DNA from: Saprospiraceae bacterium
Lineage (GTDB): Bacteria; Bacteroidota; Bacteroidia; Chitinophagales; Saprospiraceae
Assembly: GCA_049306275.1 (NCBI GenBank)
Contig: JBAQQB010000197.1
Coordinates: forward strand, 58,601-122,600
DNA length: 64,000 nt
Direction: 5' to 3'
Shown: piece by piece, positions 55,207 through 63,630 of the stretch
Position numbering within the stretch: position 1 is the stretch's first letter
How the letters are laid out: every line of letters starts with the position of its first letter
The notes under the pieces: generated by a model
The model's input: the letters and a program-made list of their open reading frames with translations, nothing else
What the model was told of the DNA's origin: nothing
Databases searched by the model: none
Program-made: the position numbers and the translations under genes

Positions 55207-55337
55207 AAAAAAACTTTACTACTGCTGAAGGGCGCTTCCTTCCGAAACCCCGAAAAATGTGTACTGGCAGAAAGGCGCCAATCATCGCAATCTTGTGTGA
55301 GAAAATCATTCTCACTAATCAGACAAAAGATTTTGCG

Positions 55338-56111
55338 ATGAAAACAAAGATCATTCCTTACCCTGGGGCGGCTCTCCTACTTGTCACCTTATTATTCGCC
55401 TGCGGAAAAGAAGCAACTCCGCCTGTAGAACAGATCGCGCTGCCCGGCTGGGAAGTAAACCAGCCGCGAACGCTCTTGTATCAGATTGATGGCAGAAGTT
55501 ATTCCAATGGCGAGGTCGTGGAACGGAACACATTCCTGGAAATCGAATTCCTCGGCGGCGGCGCCGTGAGAACGCGTTTTGCCGACGAGTCAAAGGATTA
55601 CTTCTTCATGATGGATTCCACTGGCTTGTTATCCTTTGCCGAGCCAGACCAGAACTACTCCCCGATCCTCGACGTGCTTCACATGTTTCCAGCCCAGGGG
55701 CTGTCAAATGCCAAACCTGGCAGCGAATGGAAGGTATTCACGCCTTCTGAACAATACGTCCAGGATTCCCAAGACGAAATCATCGTACAGGCGCAACGCA
55801 ACTTCCGCATAGTGGAGGCAGATCACGACAACGCTCGCATCAAACAGGACGGATACCTTCGCATTGTGGACAATGAAGCCGCCAAAACAGGGTTTCTGGA
55901 GGTCTTCGGCAATGTCAAGGGGCATCTGGTCAGAGCGGCCTGGACGAAGTGGCGCTATTTCCAAACGGGGGAAACGGAATATTCCTCAAGTTGTGGATGC
56001 ATCGTAAAAGCGGATTACACAGGGGTCATTCTTCCCATCGAAAACCTGGACGAAAATAGCCTGTATATTTCACCTGAAAGAGAAGAGCTCACCATCAGAA
56101 GGCGCCCTTGA
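55338..56111 (+). CDS. Hypothetical lipoprotein
   Basis: Start at ATG 55338 (MKTKIIPYPGAALLLVTLLFACGKE lipobox). Lower GC than surroundings. Confidence 0.55.
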   Translation: MKTKIIPYPGAALLLVTLLFACGKEATPPVEQIALPGWEVNQPRTLLYQIDGRSYSNGEVVERNTFLEIEFLGGGAVRTRFADESKDYFFMMDSTGLLSFAEPDQNYSPILDVLHMFPAQGLSNAKPGSEWKVFTPSEQYVQDSQDEIIVQAQRNFRIVEADHDNARIKQDGYLRIVDNEAAKTGFLEVFGNVKGHLVRAAWTKWRYFQTGETEYSSSCGCIVKADYTGVILPIENLDENSLYISPEREELTIRRRP

Positions 56112-56159
56112 GGTGGCCGGCCTCCTTATCATTTCGCATCACCATAAAAAATTCAGAAA

Positions 56160-56687
56160 ATGAAAAATACGCTATTGATTTCGATCGCTTTTCTCGTATT
56201 CGGCCTGAGCAGTTGCACCGTGACCGATACGCACATCCAGGAAGAAATTGAGAATTTTTTAAAGCAATGTAACGTTCCCGATCTGGAATGCGACGGTCAG
56301 ATTGGCGCAGGCTTGAATTGCGGGCATACAGATTTTTTAATAGGCCCTTCCTGCCATCGATCCCTGGAACGCTCCAGCCGTTTTTCCATTAATTTACCGG
56401 GCATTGTAAGTTTCCGGGGAAACGGGAAAGCGTCGGTAAAGGTTAAGACGGAGTCGGTGGTTGCCAACCATATTCATCAGCCCTTTAGCGAAGATTCCGG
56501 GCTCTGCTCCCCCACCTATATCTATTACAAGGCAAGCTACGAGGCGGTTGGAGAGCTTGAATCGGAAGCCGGCGCCTCGATTATCAATTTTGCGACCGGA
56601 ACCTACGAAGACAGGCTGAAAAGGCTCAGCAGCGGAGAAAGATGCGCGAAGGCCGCGCATGCGGAGCCGCTACATTGTGGAGGATAG
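56160..56687 (+). CDS. Hypothetical Cys-rich lipoprotein
   Basis: 175 aa with lipobox FGLSSC and seven further Cys. No family recognised. Confidence 0.5.
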   Translation: MKNTLLISIAFLVFGLSSCTVTDTHIQEEIENFLKQCNVPDLECDGQIGAGLNCGHTDFLIGPSCHRSLERSSRFSINLPGIVSFRGNGKASVKVKTESVVANHIHQPFSEDSGLCSPTYIYYKASYEAVGELESEAGASIINFATGTYEDRLKRLSSGERCAKAAHAEPLHCGG

Positions 56688-56695
56688 TACGGGTT

Positions 56696-56727
56696 GAAAA
56701 GTGGGCGCCTTCTGACGCCCACTTTTC
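56696..56727. terminator. Bidirectional hairpin terminator between the convergent lipoprotein gene and lpxD
   Basis: Perfect 12-bp stem GAAAAGTGGGCG / CGCCCACTTTTC with 8-nt loop. The lpxD stop codon overlaps the right arm. Confidence 0.65.
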
Positions 56728-57658
56728 ATTTATAAAAGTTCTTGATAAGCTCCGGCAAATGCCTCAAAGCAGCCAGTTCGCGGTAGCGGATGCCCGACTC
56801 GTCGGCTGGCGCGCCGAAGTAGGTTTTGCCGCCTTCGAGGTCTTTTGACACGCCGGCGCCTGCCAGCACTACGGCGCCCTTGCCGATGCGCACGGCCTGG
56901 ATGACGCCTACCTGGCCGTAGAGCACTACTTCATCTTCGATGATCGTCTTTCCGCCGATGCCCACCTGTCCGGCGATGAGGCATCGTTTGCCGATGACGG
57001 CGCCGTGGCCTACGTGCACCTGCGAGTCGAGTTTGGTGCCTTCGCCGATGAAGGTGTCGCCCGAAACGCCCTTATTGATGGTGCAGCCCGCCCCGATCTC
57101 CACGTGGTCTTCGATGACGACGCGGCCGCCGGAGCGCCACTTGGTGTAGCCTTTTTCCGACTTTTTGTAATAGAACGCATCCGTGCCGATGATAGCGCCG
57201 GCCTGTATGGTTACGTGGTCGCCGATCACCGTGTGCTCGCCGATGTAAACGTTGGCCTGTATGTAGCAGTGGGCGCCGATGCGCACGTCGTGCGCGATCA
57301 CCACGTTGGGCTCGATGATGGCTGTGGGGTGGATATGCGCCTCCGGGCTGATATTGGCCGTCAGGGGCCGGAAGGGCCGGAACTCCCGCACCAGGCTGTC
57401 GTAGGCCTGGAAGGGTTGGTCACAGACCAGAATCGCCTTCCCCTCCGGGCAGATCGTCACATCGCTCAGGATGACGATCGTGGCTTCCGAATCGAGGGCT
57501 CTTTGAAAATATTTGGCCACGTCGGCAAACGTCACATCCCCCGGCTCCACTTTGTGGATCTCGTTGACGCCGGTGGCGTAAAGCGTTTCATCGCCGATCA
57601 GCTTTGCGCCGAGTTTATGCGCCAGCTCTTTTACAGGTATTGGTTCAGGAAATTTCAT
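56726..57658 (-). CDS. lpxD: UDP-3-O-acylglucosamine N-acyltransferase
   Basis: Start at ATG 57658 (MKFPEPIPVKELAHKLGAKLIGD). Long hexapeptide-repeat core. Upstream codons of the listed ORF translate a hairpin arm. Confidence 0.9.
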   Translation of the reverse strand: MKFPEPIPVKELAHKLGAKLIGDETLYATGVNEIHKVEPGDVTFADVAKYFQRALDSEATIVILSDVTICPEGKAILVCDQPFQAYDSLVREFRPFRPLTANISPEAHIHPTAIIEPNVVIAHDVRIGAHCYIQANVYIGEHTVIGDHVTIQAGAIIGTDAFYYKKSEKGYTKWRSGGRVVIEDHVEIGAGCTINKGVSGDTFIGEGTKLDSQVHVGHGAVIGKRCLIAGQVGIGGKTIIEDEVVLYGQVGVIQAVRIGKGAVVLAGAGVSKDLEGGKTYFGAPADESGIRYRELAALRHLPELIKNFYK

Positions 57659-57666
57659 TATTAAAA

Positions 57667-57721
57667 GATGAGAAGATGAGAAGGTGAGAAGGTGAAAATC
57701 CACTTTTCACCTTCTCACCTT
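57667..57721 (-). repeat. Four tandem octamers (GATGAGAA x2, GGTGAGAA, GGTGAAAA) forming an 18-bp perfect hairpin between polA and lpxD
   Basis: AAGGTGAGAAGGTGAAAA (57681-57698), loop TCCAC, TTTTCACCTTCTCACCTT (57704-57721). It lies 7 nt from the polA stop and 8 nt from the lpxD ATG. Confidence 0.9.
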
Positions 57722-57728
57722 AATTAAT

Positions 57729-60536
57729 TTAATGCGCTTCAAGCCAATTTTCCCCGACTCCCATTTCAACCACGATAGGTACCCTCAGGTTCGGCATGGC
57801 GTGCTTCATTTTATCTTCAATGAGGGGTTTGAGGGTGTCGATCTCGTTCTTGTGGGCGTCGAAGATAAGTTCGTCGTGCACCTGGAGGATCATTTTGGTC
57901 TGGTAGTTGCCTTTCGTTAGCAGTTCGTGGATATCGATCATGGCCAGTTTGATGAGGTCTGCCGCTGTGCCCTGGATGGGGGTGTTGATGGCGTTGCGTT
58001 CGGCATGGCTGCGCATGACGCCGTTGCGGCTGTCGATGTCGCGCAGGTAGCGGCGGCGGCCCATGAGGGTATTGACGAAGCCTTTCTTTCGTGCTTCGTC
58101 GACGGTTTTTTCCATGTAGTTTTTCAGGCCGCTGTATTGTTTGAAATAGTTGTCGATGAGGTCTTTGGCCTCCGAGCGGCTGATGTCGAGCTGGCGAGAG
58201 AGGTTAAGGGCTCCGGCGCCGTAGATGATGCTGAAGTTGACGGTTTTGGCGCGGTAGCGCTGCTCTTTGGTCACCTGATCGAATGGCACTCCGAAGACGC
58301 GGGCGGCGGTGGCGCTATGGATATCCTGTCCTGCCTGGAAGGCTTCCAGCATGGCTTCGTCGCCGCTGATCTCGGCGATGAGGCGCAGTTCGATCTGGGA
58401 GTAGTCGGCGGAGAGGATGAGATAGTCGTCATTCTCCGGCACGAAGGCTTCGCGCACTTTGGCGCCTTCGGGAGTGCGGATGGGGATGTTTTGCAGGTTG
58501 GGGTTGTTGGAGCTCAGGCGGCCGGTAGCGGCGAGCGCCTGGTTGAAGGAGCTGTGGATGCGGCCGGTGCGCGGGTTGACCATCTTGGGCAGGGCGTCGA
58601 CGTATGTCGATTTGAGCTTGGTGAGCCCGCGGTGGCTGAGGATGAGCTCGATGACGGGGTGCTCGTGGCTGAGCTCGCTCATCTTGTCTTCGTCGGTGGA
58701 GTACTGGCCGGTCTTGGTTTTTTGCCAGCGGTAGGGAATTTTGAGGCGGTCGAAGAGCACCTCTCCTACCTGTTTGGGCGAGGCGATGTTGAAGCGGGTA
58801 CCGGCCGATTCGTAGATTTTTTTCTCCAGTTCAATGATCTCTTTATCCAGTTCGAGGGAATAGCGGTTGAGGTAATCTGAGTCGACCTTCACCCCGTGGT
58901 ATTCCATATCAGCCAGTACGCGGATGAGGGGCTCTTCCATTTTGCGATAGAGGTCGTTGAGGCCTTCCTTTTCGAGGCGGGGGGCGAGATAGTCTTTGAG
59001 TTGGAGGGTGATGTCGGCGTCTTCACAGGCGTATTCGGAGACCTGGTCGACGGGTACGTCGCGCATGGTTCTTTGCTGGGCGCCCTTTTTGCCGATCAGT
59101 TGGTCGATGTGGATAGTCTGGTACTTGAGGTAAGTTTCCGCCATGTAGTCCATGTTGTGGCGAAGTTCGGGCTCCAGCAGGTAGTGGGCGAGCATGGTGT
59201 CGAAAACGGGCCCTTTGACCTCGATGCCATACCATTTGAGCACGATGGCGTCGTATTTGAGGTTTTGGCCGATCTTCTGGATATCGGGGTTTTCGAGCAC
59301 GGTTTTGAATTCGTGCACGACCTTCTTGGCTTCGTCCTGATTGGCGGGTACGGGCACATAAAAGGCCTCGTGGGGTTTTACGGAGAAAGAGAGTCCGACG
59401 AGTTCTGCCAGGTTGGGATCGATGCCGGTCGTTTCGGTATCCATGCAAAAGGCGAATTGCTCTGAGAGCATGCCGATGAGTTTGGCCCGTTTTTCCGGGG
59501 TATCGGTGAGATGGTAGGCATGGGTTACGTCGGCGATGGTTTTCTCCGCCACCGAGTGCGCGGGGGGCGGACTGGCGTGACGTTGCTGCTGCACGGGTTC
59601 TTCGGGAAAGAGCGAGCCCTGCATGCCGGGGGGGCTACTGGGGCCTGGCACAGGGTTTTCCTCTTCACCCAGTATCTGCCGGGCGAGGGTGCGGAATTCC
59701 AGTTCTTTAAAAATTTCCGCCAGGCGGTCTTTGTCGTAGGGTTCGATCTCGAAAGCGTGGGGATCGAACTGGATGGGCGCTTCGATATCGATGGTGGCGA
59801 GTTTTTTGGAGAGAAGGGCTTGTTCGGCGAAGGTTTCGACGCTTTCCTTTTGTTTGCCCTTCAGTTTGTTGGCGTTAGCCAGGAGGTTTTCGACCGAATC
59901 GTATTCTTCCAGCAGTTTGGCGGCTGTTTTGGGGCCGATGCCCGGGATACCGGGGATGTTGTCGACCGAATCGCCCTGCAGGCCGAGGATGTCGATCACC
60001 TGTTCGGGGCGTTTGATGCCCCAGTTTTCGCAGACCTCCTTGATTCCCCAGACCTCGATGCCGTTGCCGGAGCGGGAGGGTTTGTAGATGAGCACATTAT
60101 CGGTGACAAGTTGGGCGTAGTCTTTGTCGGGCGTTACCATATAAACGGTATAGCCGTCTTTTTCGGCCTGTTTGGCCAGGGTGCCGATCACATCGTCGGC
60201 CTCATAGCCGTCGAGTGTGACGACGGGAATTTTGAACCCTTCGAGGATAGCCTGGATGTAGGGGATGGCGAAGGTGATGTCTTCGGGCTGTTCTTCGCGG
60301 TTGGCTTTGTATTCCGGGAACATTTCGTGCCGGAAGGTAGGCGTGGGAAGGTCGAACGAAACAGCCAGATGGGTGGGGTGTTCGTTGCGGATGAGGTCCC
60401 ACAGCGTGCGCACGAAGCCGGCGACTGCCGAGGTGTTCATGCCCTTGGAGTTGATCAGCGGACGGCCGATGAAAGCGTAGTGGGCGCGGTAGACGAGCGC
60501 GTGGCCGTCGAGGAGGAAAAGTTTTTTGTGGTTCAT
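57729..60536 (-). CDS. polA: DNA polymerase I
   Basis: Start at ATG 60536 (MNHKKLFLLDGHALVYRAHYAF). 5'-nuclease, 3'-5' exo and pol domains; DYSQIELR and QVHDEL motifs. Confidence 0.96.
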   Translation of the reverse strand: MNHKKLFLLDGHALVYRAHYAFIGRPLINSKGMNTSAVAGFVRTLWDLIRNEHPTHLAVSFDLPTPTFRHEMFPEYKANREEQPEDITFAIPYIQAILEGFKIPVVTLDGYEADDVIGTLAKQAEKDGYTVYMVTPDKDYAQLVTDNVLIYKPSRSGNGIEVWGIKEVCENWGIKRPEQVIDILGLQGDSVDNIPGIPGIGPKTAAKLLEEYDSVENLLANANKLKGKQKESVETFAEQALLSKKLATIDIEAPIQFDPHAFEIEPYDKDRLAEIFKELEFRTLARQILGEEENPVPGPSSPPGMQGSLFPEEPVQQQRHASPPPAHSVAEKTIADVTHAYHLTDTPEKRAKLIGMLSEQFAFCMDTETTGIDPNLAELVGLSFSVKPHEAFYVPVPANQDEAKKVVHEFKTVLENPDIQKIGQNLKYDAIVLKWYGIEVKGPVFDTMLAHYLLEPELRHNMDYMAETYLKYQTIHIDQLIGKKGAQQRTMRDVPVDQVSEYACEDADITLQLKDYLAPRLEKEGLNDLYRKMEEPLIRVLADMEYHGVKVDSDYLNRYSLELDKEIIELEKKIYESAGTRFNIASPKQVGEVLFDRLKIPYRWQKTKTGQYSTDEDKMSELSHEHPVIELILSHRGLTKLKSTYVDALPKMVNPRTGRIHSSFNQALAATGRLSSNNPNLQNIPIRTPEGAKVREAFVPENDDYLILSADYSQIELRLIAEISGDEAMLEAFQAGQDIHSATAARVFGVPFDQVTKEQRYRAKTVNFSIIYGAGALNLSRQLDISRSEAKDLIDNYFKQYSGLKNYMEKTVDEARKKGFVNTLMGRRRYLRDIDSRNGVMRSHAERNAINTPIQGTAADLIKLAMIDIHELLTKGNYQTKMILQVHDELIFDAHKNEIDTLKPLIEDKMKHAMPNLRVPIVVEMGVGENWLEAH

Positions 60537-60577
60537 TTCCGGGAGAATGCGGTTTCCCGGCAAGATAAGGAAATAAT

Positions 60578-60667
60578 AGTGGAGAGTGGAGAGTTGAGAG
60601 TGGAGTGGAAAGCTTTTTGGCTTTGCCAAAAAGGCTTCACTTCACACTCAACTCTCACCTCTCCACT
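60578..60667 (-). repeat. About 90-nt imperfect hairpin of GTGGAGA/GTTGAGA words between the DUF3078 gene and polA
   Basis: Left arm 60578-60612 and right arm 60635-60667 are largely complementary. A perfect inner 8-bp stem CTTTTTGG / CCAAAAAG (60613-60620 / 60626-60633) tops the structure. The right arm abuts the DUF3078 stop codon. Confidence 0.8.
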
Positions 60668-61658
60668 AAAAAATAAGATTGTACTTAATAAACAACCCTT
60701 GCATAAAGCTGACCGCCGGCATCAGTTCCGCGCGTTGTTCGCCGGGGGGGAGGTTGACGTCGGCGGCGGCTTCGCCGTAGATACCGTCGTCGTCGAGGTC
60801 GGTTTGTACGTTGACGTCGTCGTCGTAGAAGAGGTTGGTGACGAGGTTAATCGACAGGTTTTTGACGATCTGCACACTGAGGTCGTTGGTCCAGAGCACG
60901 TCGATATTCTGGGGGTTTTCGAGGTAGTTGGAGAAGAGATCGAGGGCGCTGGCCCAGCTGATCCGGTCTTTGAGGAACTTGTTGGCGTAGGCGGCCTTGA
61001 GGTTGGAGCCCAGCATAAGGAAGCTGTTTTCGCCCGGTTTGTTGCCATGTACGTTGAGGGCTGCGATGGAGTCGTTGCCCACGTAGATCAGCTTGAGGGA
61101 AACGGGCGAGTAGAGGAAGGTGAGGTGCTCGTTCAATTTATATTCCAAACCCGGCGACACGATGACCTGTACCGGAGAGAAGAACCTGGCGATGGGCTGG
61201 ACGTTTTCCTCTGCCGGTTTGAGGATATTGCCCGGATAGGTGGGGAGCAGCAGGGTAATGGCGTCTGCTTCCACTGCGCCGTATAGTTTGCCCTGGCCGG
61301 GGCGGAAGCTGGCTCGGGAGGTGAGGCGGAGCACGTCGATGTTTTTCTCAAAGGGTTTATTTCTGCCGCCGATCCGCTGGGTGCCCAATTGCAGGGAGCC
61401 GGTGTTGTTCCAGGCGAATTTTTCCTTTTTGTAGTTGGCGGCAAAATTGGCCAGGCCTGCGAAGCCGATGCGGTTGGCGCCGGCGCCTACGCGGGGGTTG
61501 ATGAGGGCCATCTGAGCGAAGTCGAGGCCCAGGCCGCCGACGTAGGTCCAGGGCTTTTCCGGCTCAGCCTGTTCTGCGGCTGCGGCATCCTGGCTAAAGA
61601 CCGGGTTCCAGAGCGTGGCGAAGATGATTGCGCAAAAGAGGAGTAGTCCTTTTTTCAT
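60666..61658 (-). CDS. DUF3078-like outer-membrane beta-barrel protein
   Basis: 330 aa with signal peptide. PWTYVGGLGLDFAQ...FAWNNTGSLQLG pattern. Confidence 0.55.
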   Translation of the reverse strand: MKKGLLLFCAIIFATLWNPVFSQDAAAAEQAEPEKPWTYVGGLGLDFAQMALINPRVGAGANRIGFAGLANFAANYKKEKFAWNNTGSLQLGTQRIGGRNKPFEKNIDVLRLTSRASFRPGQGKLYGAVEADAITLLLPTYPGNILKPAEENVQPIARFFSPVQVIVSPGLEYKLNEHLTFLYSPVSLKLIYVGNDSIAALNVHGNKPGENSFLMLGSNLKAAYANKFLKDRISWASALDLFSNYLENPQNIDVLWTNDLSVQIVKNLSINLVTNLFYDDDVNVQTDLDDDGIYGEAAADVNLPPGEQRAELMPAVSFMQGLFIKYNLIF

Positions 61659-61673
61659 GTGATTTTGGTTTTG

Positions 61674-62516
61674 TTATGAATTGGATGTTTCCTGAGATGG
61701 GGAGGCCTGTTTGAGGATCTCCACCTTCTCGGTGGTGAGCTTGCTGAGGGGCAGGATGATGATCTGTTTTTCCTCTCCCTCCAGGGTAATGGAGGTATTG
61801 TCCATGACTTTGACCGTGCCGGTCACTTCGCCAACCTTGATCACATCGCCGGGGGCGACTTTTTTGCTGCTGTAGAAAGAGGCGATGAAGTTGGCCATCA
61901 CGTCGCGCGAAGCCAGGCCGTAGCCAATGGCGAAGGCGGCGACGCCGCCGGCGATGATGATGGTGAGGTTGGTTGCAAGGAATTCGGTATCGATCCGGGC
62001 CTGGCCCAGGGCGCTCATGGCCACGGCGATGAGGAGGAAATAGAACAGGAAATTGGCGATCAGGTTGGCCGAGGGGATGCCCAGCGATTTGGCGGTAGAG
62101 AGCACGATGCCCTTGATGAAGTCGGCGAAGAGCAGGCCGATGAACAGGACGATTACTGCCGTGAGCAGGTTGGGGATGTAGTTGATGATGTCGACCATGA
62201 GGTCAGACACGGCCTGTATGCCCAGGATGTCGGTAGCAGCCAGCGCGACGACCAGCATGAGGATGTAATAGAGAATCTTGGAGAGCAGCACGCTGGGCAC
62301 GATGCGGATGCGCGCCTTTTCCATGATCTCGATCTGGTTGAGCCGCTCTGCGAGTTGGTCGATGCCGGTGCGGGAGAGGAGGGTTTTCACCAGTTTTCTT
62401 AGGCCTCTGCTGATCAGCCAGCCGATCAGCAAAACGGCGAGGGCGCCGGCCAGGTTAGGGAGAACGGCGGCGAATTGGCCCAGCACGTCGTAGAATATGT
62501 CTTTAATAGGAGTCAT
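61674..62516 (-). CDS. Membrane protein with conserved-TM-helix repeats and MscS-like beta domain (mechanosensitive-channel-like)
   Basis: 280 aa, 4-5 TM segments, C-terminal GDVIKVGEVTGTVKVMDNTSITLEG. Confidence 0.6.
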   Translation of the reverse strand: MTPIKDIFYDVLGQFAAVLPNLAGALAVLLIGWLISRGLRKLVKTLLSRTGIDQLAERLNQIEIMEKARIRIVPSVLLSKILYYILMLVVALAATDILGIQAVSDLMVDIINYIPNLLTAVIVLFIGLLFADFIKGIVLSTAKSLGIPSANLIANFLFYFLLIAVAMSALGQARIDTEFLATNLTIIIAGGVAAFAIGYGLASRDVMANFIASFYSSKKVAPGDVIKVGEVTGTVKVMDNTSITLEGEEKQIIILPLSKLTTEKVEILKQASPSQETSNS

Positions 62517-62552
62517 TTTCTGCCTTTTATGGTAAAAAATCAGGCTGGCGCG

Positions 62553-62825
62553 TTACGCGGCAGTATCGTCGGGGGTATTTTCTTCGAAAGAATGGGAGGA
62601 AGGGTTTTCAGATTCTCCGCCGTTGATGGCGATCAGCACGGTGTCGAGGGCGTTAGGCACATAGAGTTCGAGGGCTTTGCCCAGGAACTGCACAAATCCC
62701 ATGCTACGCTGCACGTTCTGCTTTATTTGTGGGGGCAATGGGGGCGCCCCGTTCAACTCTTCGTCGAGGAGACGATGAAAGTTGTTGTTTGTATTTTCCA
62801 TAATCCCGTCATTGAGCATGGTCAT
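62553..62825 (-). CDS. Small hypothetical protein coupled to the ECF sigma factor gene
   Basis: 90 aa. Its ATG lies 1 nt after the sigma-factor stop (TGAGATG). No clear TM helix or zinc-finger anti-sigma motif. Confidence 0.45.
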   Translation of the reverse strand: MTMLNDGIMENTNNNFHRLLDEELNGAPPLPPQIKQNVQRSMGFVQFLGKALELYVPNALDTVLIAINGGESENPSSHSFEENTPDDTAA

Positions 62826-62826
62826 C

Positions 62827-63402
62827 TCACTCTCCCGTTTCCGGGAAGAGGGAGGTATAAACTGAGTGGGCTTTGTGTTTGGCCCTTTTTAACTGCATTT
62901 TTACGGCGCTCTCCGTTTTGTCGAGCACTGCGGCGATATCCTTGATCTGCATATCGTCGTGGTACTTCATCAACAGGATCGCCTTGTCGCCTACCGGAAT
63001 ACCGTCCAGCACGTCTTTGAGGCGGTCGACGGCAATAGTCAGCAACTCGTCGTCCTGTCCGTCGTCGGCGATATCGGGTGTTTTCTCCATGTCGTCGGTA
63101 AACAACGACTGTTGTTTCTGTTTGCGCCTGATGAGGTCGATGCAAAAGTTGTAGGTGATGGAGTACACCCAGGTGGAGAATTGCGACCGCTCGTTGAATT
63201 TCGAGAGGTTGAGGAAAATTTTCACAAAAATCTCCTGGGTGGCATCCTGTGCCAGCGCAACATCTTTGAGCAAGGAAATACAGCGGCTGTAGACCTTGTT
63301 GGAATACTTGTCGTACAGCAGGCTGAAATACGCCGACTCCTGTGTGGCGAGAAAGCGCTGCACCAGTTCGGAGTCGGAGAGTTTCGTTTTTCCTTGTGTC
63401 AT
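62827..63402 (-). CDS. ECF-type RNA polymerase sigma-70 factor
   Basis: 191 aa. Region 2 ATQEIFVKIFLNLSKFNERSQFSTWVYSITYNFCIDLIRR and region 4 IKDIAAVLDKTESAVKMQLKRAK. Confidence 0.85.
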   Translation of the reverse strand: MTQGKTKLSDSELVQRFLATQESAYFSLLYDKYSNKVYSRCISLLKDVALAQDATQEIFVKIFLNLSKFNERSQFSTWVYSITYNFCIDLIRRKQKQQSLFTDDMEKTPDIADDGQDDELLTIAVDRLKDVLDGIPVGDKAILLMKYHDDMQIKDIAAVLDKTESAVKMQLKRAKHKAHSVYTSLFPETGE

Positions 63403-63497
63403 CAGGAGATACGGCCTGTTTAAAGTTGGTTTTACAAAAAGCAGGCCGGAATCTCTGCCCTTTTGACGGGGAAAGTGTGAAAGGGGTACAAAGTGGG

Positions 63498-63505
63498 CAA
63501 AAATA
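63498..63505 (-). promoter_or_regulatory. TAnnTTTG motif (TATTTTTG on the minus strand) upstream of the ECF sigma gene
   Basis: The reverse complement of CAAAAATA matches the consensus, about 95 nt upstream of ATG 63402. Confidence 0.3.
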
Positions 63506-63630
63506 ATTTTATCCCCCGTCTACCTGCTTCACATTCAGGCCTTTTCAGATGCGGGCTAAAGTACTATTATTACCGAATTTTTCCCAACTTCGGCCCTCCA
63601 AAAGACCGCATTCCCAGTTAACTATTTCAC

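Noticed and set aside
59511-61286. 591-aa ORF on the plus strand
   Set aside because: It is antisense to polA and the DUF3078 gene and runs straight through the intergenic hairpin. Its composition is low-complexity (G/V/F/D-rich). The opposite-strand genes have strong family signatures.
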